Position numbers and translations under genes: made by a program. The notes beneath the pieces are model-generated. The model saw only the letters and a program-made list of their open reading frames with translations, did no database searches and had not been told where the DNA came from. Below, in pieces: positions 14,599 to 26,334 of a stretch of 64,000 bases of DNA; within the stretch, counting starts at the first letter, position 1; the number at the start of each line of letters is the position of its first letter. Source of the stretch: Chlorokybus atmophyticus (lineage: Eukaryota > Plantae > Mesostigma and Chlorokybus algae); assembly GCA_009103225.1 (NCBI GenBank), contig RHPI01000385.1, positions 249,898 to 313,897 on the forward strand, written 5' to 3'.

Positions 14599-15308
14599 GG
14601 GCGATTGAATGGGTGTCATTGGGTTGTTTACGCGCTGCCTTCAAGAGTGCACTCATGTGTCACACGTGTCACACATGAGTTTACACTCGCTTGACTACGC
14701 TGGATGTGGCCTTATGTACGTCGCATGTGCAGGATTTGCATACTTGCTAGGCTAGGTGCTTAATTGTGTCACTGGCTCCAGTCAGAACACACTCTATAAG
14801 TGTGCAGGAACGACACAGTGCCAGTCGCTTGTCATACCAACTCACACACTAGGGAAGATGAAGCCATTGGATGCCAGCCTTCAATGGTATAGGCAATAGA
14901 CAACAGCTCCGCAAGTGACATGGAGGACAGGGCGGGCCAGCCACCCTCTGCGCCCACATGCAAAAAGGCATCCAGTCTGCCACTTAGAAGAAGAAAAGAC
15001 AAATCCAGTTTGCCACATAACTCTGCTCCAGCGTCTTTGGTTATTGCACTTCCCGGGACTGACTATGTTCACCCTCTTAAGCCAATCACACTCTCACACG
15101 CTGGTGCTGACATTGCTAACACTGACCAACACATGCTCATACGTATATCACAGCGTATCTTCTCCTGTACACATAGTGCGCGCGCGTGTATGTGTACGTG
15201 TGCGTGTGCGATGCAGTACTGTAGCATGCACGACATACGCATGAGCAACATCAGCACAGCAGCATACCTGTCACACTACAATACCAAGCCAGCACAACCA
15301 CCCCCTGT

Positions 15309-15380
15309 CGAGCGAGAGCGAGAGCGAGAGCGAGAGCGAGAGAGCGACAGAGAGCGAGAGAGCGACAGAGAGCGAGAGAG

Positions 15381-15478
<98 letters not shown>
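15309..15478. repeat. (AGAGCG)n grading into (AG)n microsatellite
   Basis: Hexamer units from ~15309, pure AG run ~15383-15477. Confidence 0.95.
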
Positions 15479-16845
15479 GTCGACAGTCGACAGATAGCGC
15501 AGTAGCAGGCGCGCTTGTCGTCCATGCATTTTACATCAGCTGCAGCCCGGTTAACTGTCGACCGTCGACGTCAGCGCAGTAGCAGTAGCAGAGTCGCTTC
15601 CGTCAGCAGGGCCCCTGCCTGCGACCTCGTGCACGCGGAGGAGGCTAAGGGCGGCGGCGGCGGCGGAGAGGGGGTTGGGCGGGTGGGTGGGTGGGTGGGA
15701 GAATAAGGGATTGCGGGGTACTGTTACTTCAACCTGAGGGCTGCACTTGTCTATCATTGAGGGGGTGGGGGCAAGGCATCCATGGGGCTTCAGGCGCCTG
15801 GTGCTGTGCGCGTCGCTGCTGCTATCAGCGCCTTTCATGGTCACACTGATGATGGAGGAGGTGTACTTCGTGATGCTGCTGCTGCACAGCTCTGCCCTTG
15901 GAGGCACGCAGCGCTATTGGGCGGGAGAGCGCAGCCCAGCGTCAAAGCCTCCTTGCTGAATGCAGGAAGGTGAGTAGGTGGTAGTGGTGGTGCTTGTTGG
16001 AAAAGGGGGGAGGCATCTCGTGTACAAGATTCATCAATAGCCTGAGGCTGGTTTTGTTCTTGGAGAAAACATATCTCAGCACATACGGCATGCACAGCAG
16101 GAGTGAAGCATATGCAAAGGCGTGCATTGGCGTTGTGAGCGTCAATGCTGTGCATGCAGAGAAATTAGCAGCAACAAACTGAGCGGGTCAGGGGTCAAGA
16201 GGGGGTTGGCCCCTGGGCCCCCTCAGCAGCTACCTTGCAACAGCTGCATATGTGATCAATCGAGTAATACAGGGCGACTTATTCTCTGTGATTGCAACAG
16301 AGGGCCCATCGTCATTATGAAAAATACATGCACAAGGTTATTACTTCATCACTGGTCGACACAAGGTTGACATGCCCAACTTGGCAGCTGTACGGTCCGG
16401 CAGTGGTTAGAATGCAGCGCTAATGCTTAGTGTGCCTTGTCCCAGCACACTTGTCATCTACCGGCGGCTGTTGTAACAACCGCTGATCGCCCATTGTGCC
16501 TGCTAGCCCACTTGTAGTAGGCTAGCAGCCATATTGGTAGCTACTTGTGCAGCAGCGTTGTTGTTGGCTCTCTGTCAGTGTCCATAAGTTGGTGTTTCAT
16601 CACCGATGTCATCATGACTTGGCTTTACTTGTTGCGCTTTGGTATGATGTGGCAGCTGTTGCTAAGGTCGTCGTGCCTCAGTTACCACTGAGACTGCTAC
16701 TACTGCCAATGCATCTGCTTTGTTGTGCTTAGAGGACTTGCATAGTGAGGGCGAGTAGTTGCTTGTTGTAGGCGTGAGCGGGTTGTGCCAGTGAGGCACG
16801 CCCATTGATTGTGAACATGCTCGTGCATGCAGATCAGCTCAGAAG

Positions 16846-17615
16846 GTGTTTGCACTGCGCGCAAGCATGCGATCGCAGAAAAAGCACAGTGACAACCGTA
16901 GCACCGCCACAGTCATGGGGATGGCCCTCGTTGCGTACCTCAATGTGGACCAGCAGGCTATTGCGGAGTATCTAGAACAGACAGAGGTTGATGCTAACCA
17001 GAAGTATTATCGGGAGGAATGCAGCAGGTGGTCAACTGGTACATAGACACCCACACCAATGGTGACCTCAACCCGGGCATGTGTATTTATTACAACAAGA
17101 GTGACATTGGCCTCCATACCATCTCCTCTTGGTTTCGGGTCTCCATCATCCTTGACCGGTATGCAGACATGCTTTGCCATCTGGACTTTGAACTTGAGAG
17201 GGGGTTCACGTTGCCGGACAGCCTCACATCAGTTGGGCACACAACCAATGACGTCATGGCATGACGGGTGGCAAGGGACATCAAGAGGTGCTTTCCGGAC
17301 GATGAATGGCCTATAGATTTTGCGGAGTGGTTGGCTTCCACTGCAAAGTACTGCAAGATTTATGAGCTTGATTATTGACAATATTCTGCAAAACAACTTC
17401 CACTACCATCTTGAACCCTGTTGGACTACGCGGTGCCCCTCAAGGACGTCATCGGACTCGCAGCACACATGGATCGCACGAGCGCAAGTTTTGAGTGTTG
17501 GATTAGGTGTGCATGTCCTGCAGCACCAAGTGTCTTCATGCCAACATACGCACTTGCACATGTAACTACATTTGCATTAGACTACTTGCAGGCTAGAGTC
17601 TTAGCCAGTTCTTAG
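16846..17615 (+). pseudogene. Disrupted coding-like segment of unknown family
   Basis: Protein-like ORFs 16846-17046, 17019-17264 and 17421-17615. The last two are in one frame, separated by three TGA stops. No recognisable domain. Confidence 0.3.
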
Positions 17616-17772
17616 CCTATGTACAACAGCATCACGAAACCACAATCACTTTTGGTATGAAGAACACACCACCACTTTCAAGATTGTCTCAGTATGATGG
17701 TGTGCATGCCGACCTTGTCATATGCATGCGTTGTTTGTCCTTAAACTGGAGTCATCAGACAGGAAACCTTGT

Positions 17773-20010
17773 TCACAAAAACATTCTCCTCAATCCTGCC
17801 ATAGGGTTGTACTTGGTGGGCGCATTCAACATGTACACGGCGCGCTTCTCTGCCACCCACTCAGGGGACTCAATCTGCCAGACAGAACACATGAGCAAAA
17901 GCCAGTAAAAGCGATGTACAGCTGCCGCCTGCATACGTACCTCATCCAACCCATGGATAACAGCTTTGACCGTGTTGTGCGGATGATGGGACCCAACTAC
18001 CTGGATGCAGGCGATGTCATCCGCAGCTTGGGTTGAACAAGAACAACATGCAGTCATGGCCCTATTCATCTGCCAGCGCATGACACAAACCTTTGCTGAC
18101 AGGTTCTTGATGCCCACAAGTCGGCAGATGTTGTCAATGACATGGTTGGCTTTGATGCCAGAACCTTGCTTGGAAGGGAGGAGGCGCACCTGATAGGAGC
18201 AAAGTTCATTTGCATGGATACACCAACAACATACAACATACTGCATACATTGCATACACTGCACGTGACTGGAGCTTACTTTCGTTCTGCCATAGGTCTT
18301 CTGCGTTTCATGGAAGATTGTGTGGTTGTCAAACAACTCAATGAAGAACAGGTTGCGTAGCGCAGCTCTGTTGGCCTGGTGAAGTGATTTTGTCAAGCGT
18401 GGGCCAACAGCAACCTGACACATAGTGTTTAGCTGCACTACCAACCTTCTGCACTGCTGCTTGGACTTCTGCCGCTTTGCCGGTTCCATAGCCTATAACA
18501 CCAGCCTTGTTGCCAACGAGCACCATGGCTCGGAAGGAAAAGACACCGCCAGCCTACAGACGGAGAGATAACGCGAAGCTTTGGTGAGCATATGCATGCT
18601 TCGTCATACATGTGTACGCGTGTAGAAGTGGTGTGCAACAGCATAGCCATGTGATGCAGCTGTTATACAAGCCGGCGCTCACCTTCGTGACTTTGCAAGA
18701 GCGGTTGATGTCGACAATGGTCATCTCAAAAGGCTGAACACATACACACGTTAGCAGTCACAAATCGCAGTGTGGCAGGGTTTGATTGAAAGGACGCCGC
18801 AGCAGTGTCACGACGTACCGGGCCAACATATCCTTGTTGTTGCAGCTCATCCTCCTCTCGATCAGCATCTCTATGAACCTTCAGAAAGTTGTCGAGATAC
18901 TGTATTTGCTTTGCTCGACTCAGCCCCTCCAAGTATGCGACCTCCGGTGATGATTCAGGTTCAATTTGTTCAACGGCATCTTGCGATGAAGCCTGCACCA
19001 ATACAACATCATTCTATCCACATGCTTGCAAAGACTGTGAGTGAATATATGCACAACCTTGCATCTATTGCAACCCCGATAAACAGCTTACTACTAAAGC
19101 CTACATCAGCTGCTTGCCAGTTCTCGTCATATGACTCGAATTCTCCTTCATCATCGCTGCCTTCGCCCTCACTATCTGATACATCATCGCTCCTGAGCGC
19201 AGCCTCTGCAGCATGGTCATGAACCAGAATGAGTCGAAGCACAACAAAGAAATATTGAATAGATGATACACTCACAATGTTCTGTCGACACTTTGGTGTT
19301 GGGCTCTGATGTCAATGGCATAGCCCACTTACCTGTATCTGTCACAGCATCGTCTGAAGAGTGATCATGAGCACCGCTGCCGGAGGCTCTCGCAAGCTGC
19401 TCCCCATCATTGCCTACACCCTCAGCACGGGAACTGCCGTCCCCACCATCAGACCTGCTTGCAAAACACCTAATGGCAGGACTGGCTGTACCTGTGCATG
19501 GAACACAGCGTCAATTGGTGCCATGCACCGTACCGGAAAACCAAGACAGCTCCTGCTGCTAGTTGTCGAAGCTGCTGCTAGTACAACAGTCTTTTGCGTA
19601 ATCAAAGATGCTCACACGCAGGTCATGCCAAAAGCGCCGAATCTAATTGCATTACGTGTTGAAAAACTTTGCATACACGTCATGTAGCGAGCAAACCGTA
19701 AACGCACATACCAATGTTAACGGAAACATGTACAATGCACTCATAACCGCGTGTACAGGCATCAAAACATCCTGTGTACTACATGTGCTACACGCTCCAC
19801 AAATGAGAGGCGGAGAGTAACAGCTTGTGACAAGGGCTTTAAGCAATGCGCTAAGAATTGCGTACCCCAGCACGCCGGCGCTGCCCGACAAACGGCGAGC
19901 TCTGCTCCGTTCTTCGCGACAGCAGCAGGCCACGATCCACCAGATGCTCTGCCGCACACAGCGCTGCGCTGCCCCAGCTGCGTCAACAGCCGCACCGCCG
20001 CCCTCCGCAT
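17773..20010 (-). CDS. RPS5: Organellar (probably mitochondrial) ribosomal protein uS5, spliced
   Basis: PFEMTIVDINRSCKVTK|AGGVFSFRAMVLVGNKAGVIGYGTGKAAEVQAAVQK (S5 N-domain); VRLLPSKQGSGIKANHVIDNICRLVGIKNLSAKV|VGSHHPHNTVKA (S5 C-domain). N-terminus MRRAAVRLLTQLGQRS resembles a mitochondrial presequence. Confidence 0.85.
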
Positions 20011-20584
20011 GCCTGCCCACACACAGCTAGCAGCAGGACTACGCTTGCTTTCGCGTAGGCCAAGCCCAAACCCAAGCCCAAGCCCTAATTTCGCATGCCC
20101 GGGTGTGCAGCCGAGCGCAAAAAGCACAGTGCGCAACACCGGGCAGCTGAGCGCTGCGGCAAGCAGTGTCCAGGTAACTCCGCGGCGGCGGCGGTAGTAG
20201 TGGCGGCGGTGGTGGCGGTGGTGGTGGTGCGGTTTCCAACTTGAGCTGTCGTGTTAGTGCTCAGGATTGTTGTGTCAGAAGCCCGTGTTGCGGGATTACT
20301 GGGGGCGCTGGGCCGCGGGAGACCTCGCCAGCTCTGGTAAGCAGCTCCAGTAGTGCTTGCTTACGTGTTCTGTGGTCTGAGGTGATCAAGTTATCGTTTG
20401 TGTTGAACTTACTCGTTTGCAATTCGTATTTCCAAGGGTTATTGTTACTCCATCAAATGGTTAAGCACCTAGCATATTGCTTGCTTGGCCCAATTCTCAA
20501 TTGACGAGCATACCAAGCTTCCAGCATGCGGTCACGATATTTACATGCTCGTTTCAATCAATTAATGCAGGTCTGAGCACCAGA

Positions 20585-22132
20585 ATGTCGACCGCAATCT
20601 CAAGCTTTGGTGGCACTTGCACAGCTGTGCGGGTCCCGCACTTGGACAGACGAGCTGCAGTTTCACCTGAGTTTCAGCGTTTGCAATCAGCACCGCCACT
20701 TCAAAGCAAAGCGCATACGCTGCGTCCTCGCGCAGCTGTGGCAGAACCAGTTGCAGTATCCACATCTGACACTGCTTCCCCATCAGCGCAACCTGCAGCG
20801 AAAGCCTCAACAAGGTTGAGGAAGCAGCGAAGTAGTAGTAGTGCAGACTCAGCGACTGCTGCTGAGGCTGAAGGGAAGGCAGCTTCAGCCACAGCAACAA
20901 AGTCCCAAAAGAGTGGAGCGTCGAGTAAGGCGGGTAAGACTGCGACGACAACCAGGACGAGAAAGCCGGCCAAGAAGAAAGAAGAGGCTGCTGCTGAGGA
21001 CTTTCTTGCTGGCCAGGACAAGGCAAGGCTGCGTCGGCTGCTGCGCAAAGGCATCGATCCACCTACAAGTGCAGCAGCGAATGCAGTGCAGAGCAGTAGT
21101 GAAACACTGAGTGAGGAAGGTTCGCAGGCAACAGCAGCAGTTGCTGAGCCTGTGGAGGCTTCCTCCACAGCAGCAGCCGCACCTTCTCCTGAGGCTCTTC
21201 AGAAGGAGGTGAAGCGGGTAAACTATGGCGAGTTGGGCAGCGGCGAGTTGCATTGGTACATTCTCGAAGTCATGATAGGCAAAGAGAACACATGTCTGAA
21301 GTCGATCAACCTTGCATTGGCGAGGGCCGATCGGCAGCTTCGCGAGAAGGTTGAGCGGGTGTTCATTCCCAATGCCCAGTCAACGCAGCTCACCAAGAGC
21401 GGTGCCCGGTCGACGCGAAAGTTTATGGTGTTGCCCGGATCGCTGCTGGTCCAGTGTTACATGGACAATGACGTTCACGGGTTTCTCAGTTCCATGGAGA
21501 ACGTCAAGACTTTCATGGGCATTCCAAGTAAGGTCGGGAGGTAAGCAACGTCACATTTTGTCTGCTGGCGCATGTGTATGTCTTGCACTGTCATGGCAAC
21601 AGCGTCGTTAGTGCAATTGATAGTCCTAACAGGTGTCAAACAACCAGCAAATCTGCTGGCACACGTTTAATAAGTGCCCACTGGTATGCCTGCTGGCAGC
21701 CAGCATCAGCTTGACTGTGGTTTGGTTCCTGCAGGATGAAAGTCATTCTGCCCAAGCCATTAGAGCAAAGCGAGTACGAAGGTGTACTTGAAGAGATACG
21801 TATTGCAGAGGAGGTTCCAGCAACGGCTTCTTTTCCATTTGCTGCCGGCAACATCATCACTGTCATGGACGGCCCATTCAAGGCGTTCAGTGGACAAGTC
21901 ATAGAAGTTTTTCCTGAAACCGACAAGGTACGTGCTGTCATGCATGAGCAGCAAGCATGTATTGGCACATGCTATCACCTTTGTGTCGCTCAGCTTTGCT
22001 ACCATCAGCCCGTGTTTGGCTTCTCATCAACTTCAGGACGTCTTTTTATGGCAGGTCAAGGCGATATTGAGCATTTTTGGCCGCGACACCTCAGTAGAGC
22101 TTAACATAGATCAGATTGAGTCGGCAGAGTAG
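20585..22132 (+). CDS. nusG: Plastid-targeted NusG-family transcription factor (pTAC13-like), spliced
   Basis: NGN domain WYILEVMIGKENTC...VLPGSLLVQCYMDND; KOW region FAAGNIITVMDGPFKAFSGQVIEV...KAILSIFGRDTSVELNIDQIE. Ser/Ala-rich N-terminal transit-like peptide. Confidence 0.9.
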
Positions 22133-22904
22133 GCTTAGCCCCATATGCGTCCTTAAAACTGCAATGCATAGCAGCATCTGCACTCCAGCTTGTAGGCGCA
22201 TTGACTAGCTGAAGCCAGGCCTGCGGGGTAGTCAGATGTACATCAGTTGTTGGGTACATGTGGTTTGTTGCACGGTCGCATACACTGCAGAACACTACTA
22301 CGTCATGGAGACCTCCTCATTGACGGAATCGGCATTAGCCATGCCTCGCATGCAGTAAGGGCACAATAGGTAGGTGGTCTGGACATACTGAGACTTGCCA
22401 TTGACACACTGGTCCTATGTCTGAGCACTGGCTATGGATGCTACCTAGACGCAGGCAGTTGATGCTGCTATGCGCTAGGCCTTCATTGCCACATCCATGT
22501 CAAGTGCTGCTGACAAGTTGGCTGTGACCATCACAGCATGGCATGACCGAATATCAGCACTGGTTGTGCTACCTTGCCATGAACCACTGTTGAGCAAGTC
22601 GTAAATCACAAAAACTGAAGGCACCAGTGACAACTTTGCACAGTCCATGACACGCTGCACCATGTGTGCTGCGAGCTCATAGCAAACTGCATGTGACACA
22701 ACAGCAATTGCACGGCACTGCACAATTGAAGTTGAACTGTCCATATTATGACTACAAGAAGGAACCAGCTAAAGACATCTACCAATCAGCTGCAAAGCAG
22801 CAACTAACCCTAACCATACGTCAATGCAGATGCTACCATGCTGCATACACTAGTCATACATGTGTCCAAAGGTTTCAGGTCGGTCACAACAAGGCAAGTG
22901 GCGA

Positions 22905-25670
22905 TCAGAGGGAAGGCTCAAGCGGGTGAACAGCATTGTCCCTGCGTAATGGTAGGTTTATTGACTTGGAACGGGACAAACCTTCTAATGGAGATGCAGC
23001 CTCATCCCCACTGTCCTTGTCATTGTCTTGCGGTATGCGTGCAAGCAACTTTATGGGCGTCGACTGCAAACGTGACAGCGCACTGTGCACACGACGATGC
23101 ACAGACTGTTTCCGGCGATCATACGCCAGGCCGTACGACAACCGGTGGCGATTGGCGGTGGCCAACAGCGTGAGAGCACCATTCAATACCGCCTTCAACC
23201 CACGCCAGAGTTTGGAAAACAGCTCTTTCCAGAGAGTTGAGACCTCAGCATAGAGCAATGGCAACCCCGCCGACCTTGAGTGCACCGCTCGTGCTGTAGC
23301 AACACCTGATGTGACGGAACGGCGCAAGGGTGTAATGAACACGCGAACTTGCTGCACAACTTCCCACAAAGTGCTTCCCGCAAATTCCAAAAACTCCCAC
23401 GAGGCAGCCAATAAGCCCCACAGGATCTCCGCCAGGGTGCGGAAAGGCCAGAAGAGCGCCAGCAAGCAGTCCGTTGCAACGCTTGCCAAGAAGGAAAGAA
23501 CAGAGAACACAAAACCCAGCAACTCCCGGATGGGAGTGAGGACTGTTGTGATGATATCCAGTAATGGTGCACATGTAGCACCCACTGTTGAAACTAGTGC
23601 CATCCAGGCCTGCCTCAGTGGTGCAATGGCTGATGTGGATAGCGCCAACATGCGTTGCATCAGAGGAGACTTGGACATGAGGAAAGCCACCAGCACGGAC
23701 AGACGGAGCGAAGCATGGGTCTCACACCAGTCGGCGATTGTGATGAAAACTGGGCCAAATACACGGTGCAGCGCTGCCCGAGCGTATGGGACGTGTTTGT
23801 ACCTGCACCCCCAGCAAGAGGCACGTCAACATTTTGCAAGTATCATGACACTGTCCATTGATCTCAGCAATGACATGTGTGTGCAAAGTGAGTGGGCACT
23901 GGATTCCCTTGCAGCACTTACAGGTCGTAGAAACCACAAGCAAATGAGAAGAGGGACAAAGCGATCCACAAGTAGGCCGTCACTGTCCGCAGCCATGGTC
24001 GATAATAGACTCCAAACGAAGGTAGTACCACAGCCCTGCATGCGCATGAGCAAGAATGTTTCAGATCATTATGAACCTGTGTCATGGCAGCAACACAACT
24101 GCAAATGGCAAAGAGAGAGAAAGTTGCTCTACGGTACCATGTGGGCAAGCCAGTTTCATAAAGCTTCAGCAGATGGTGGTCACTGGCCACGACCTTGCGC
24201 AAAGCATCAGGGAAGAGAGGATCCCAAAAAGTCAGAACCACCGTTTTGTCACGATATTCTGCAGCTGTGGCTGTCCAGGCTGAAGGGGAGGGCCAGTCAT
24301 CACCATCTGTGCCGCTGTCATTGCCTGCCTCATGCCAACTAGCTGCCTCTGGCATACTCGCTGAGCGACATCGCAGGATTGTTTTTCGACAATCTGGGGA
24401 AGATGTGGGCGAAGTAACCTCGTACTGCGGCAGGCGATAGGCTGCTGGCAACGCTTGCGGTGGAGCATAATAGGCGAAGGCAGCCCATGCGGTTGAAAAC
24501 TCTCTCTTCACCAATTGCTTCACCTGATCGCCATCATTGTCAGCAGCTGCTTCAATTTTCAAAGAGGCTGTCAACCATACCTGATGACCAACCTCAAGCA
24601 AGCAAGCTCGGCAGAAGACATTGGAGAAAGAAGCACATGATCTAGTAGGCATACCTCAAGCACAAGTCGGCCCGGAGTACATAGCGGGTTGCTGTACTGA
24701 AGACCTACCACTGACGCCCAATCAAGCTCAAAAGCCAAACAACCGCTATATGCCCGGTCCAGGTGGGCACGTCGGGCTGAGCGTCGGGCACCAAACCCAG
24801 TGTCTGACTCAGTCCCCGCAAAAGGCGAGCTGCGATGTTGGCTCTGGAGGCACAGATTACATGTGATGAGGTCTGATGACGTACATATGCAACAGCAGGG
24901 GAAGCAGCCAAGTTCTCACCACTGTACGCAGCCATAGGTTGCGAACGCGAGCAGCTCGCCTGCTCTTGTCTGATGGAACAGTGCGGTCCACAAATAGCAC
25001 TAAGCGCTTGTTGTCTATCATAAACAATGACAAGCTATGATGAAGTCGGCACGCCCACATTCTGCATGGCCAACGCACACATTGGCAAGGAAGGGAGAGC
25101 TAGCACAGCACGTTGCTACAGTGAGCAGCATGCAAGAACACTACAGCAGCGGGTACACTGCTACAATGTCTGCACACACATTGCAGATATCGTGACACTG
25201 CCCTGGCATGCTGCGACATGCAAAACCACTGGACACTGCAGGTTGTCAAGGGACTTGCAACAACGTTGTGTAGCGACCCTGGTCTTGAACAGACACGCTG
25301 AACAGACACGCTGGCCCGCAACTGCCAGCGGCACCGAGATTTCAGCTGTGCTCCATGTAACGCAATTTGCGCTTGCCAAAGAGCCATAGCCAGCTTCAAC
25401 GACACTGGATGCAAATTTGACAAGAAACCTTGGCAACTGGAAAGCGTGCCACTGAAGCTTAACTGCACAAGGTGATTGAGGGTAACGTCATGTATAACAA
25501 CACGGTTTCTGGCCTGACTTGACACAAGTAGGGCATGCAGGCCCTTACCCAATCTGCAAGGTGTTAACTGGGAACGCGTCTACACAGCTAGTTGAAGCAG
25601 AATCTGTTGCGCTGCAATGACTGCTGTGCGCAGCAGGAGGAGGCGAGGTTTCTCTCGAATGAGGCGCCAT
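22905..25670 (-). CDS. Conserved green-lineage uncharacterised membrane protein, spliced
   Basis: Exons with LYETGLPTW, VYYRPWLRTVTAYLWIALSLFSFACGFYDL and a hydrophobic C-terminal ORF (22905-23696). Resembles an uncharacterised plant family (YETGLP.W...YRPW...GFYDLY) from memory; needs BLAST. Confidence 0.55.
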
Positions 25671-25931
25671 GTCGCGCAGCAGCGATTAGACTAGATCTAA
25701 AGCATAAGTTAACGCTGGCTATCAAAGTCTACTAAGAGCTTGCACCCAACAACCAACGGAATAGCTGTAGGTCGCCGCCTCCTGCGCCTCTTCCAGGGCG
25801 CGTCCGCAGCTGCAAGCGGTGCGGACCGCCCCATGCACATGGCGACGGAGCAGCCTCACACCCTCGCAGATGGAGGAGCCGCCCTCCGCCGCCTGAGCCT
25901 CGTCCTCCTGGTTCCCAACGCCAAGCCTACC

Positions 25932-25940
25932 AAACCCTAA
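25932..25940. promoter_or_regulatory. Telo-box-like AAACCCTAA in a divergent intergenic region
   Basis: Exact AAACCCTAA between the two divergent starts (25670 and 26335). A single short motif, so weak evidence. Confidence 0.3.
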
Positions 25941-26334
25941 TTCTAATCCATGCCTTAACCTTTACCTTAATGCGCTCTAAACTCCAACACTGCACTGTAT
26001 TCTTAATCCAAGACGTTCAGAGGTTAAGGTTCTTAACGTTAAATGAACCTCTTAACTTGGCCAGTGAACGGCGGGGTTGTTGAGGGTGTCGACGGCGGGG
26101 TGGATGGCAGAGGCGGCGGTTGATTTGTGCTGCTGCTCGCACTGCTGCTGCTAGTACTGCTGCGGGTAATGGTGGTATTGCTGGTGCCTTGCCGAGACAC
26201 GAAGGAGGCTGTCAGCTGCAGCGCAGTGGTGCGTGGCATGGCTGTGCTAGCCAGCAGCAGCTCAGTGGCAGCACGTTGTGTGCTTGGGTATTGCTTGCTC
26301 CTGCTGTTTCCACCTGCTTTGGTCTGTACAACGG

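Noticed and set aside
17262-17420. Selenoprotein or UGA reassignment explaining three TGA codons
   Set aside because: TGA terminates TAF6, CLPTM1 and other genes here; there is no redox motif or recognisable SECIS, and a frameshift is also needed.
23311-24342. 343-aa plus-strand ORF
   Set aside because: Antisense shadow spanning exons and introns of the minus-strand membrane-protein gene; no motif.
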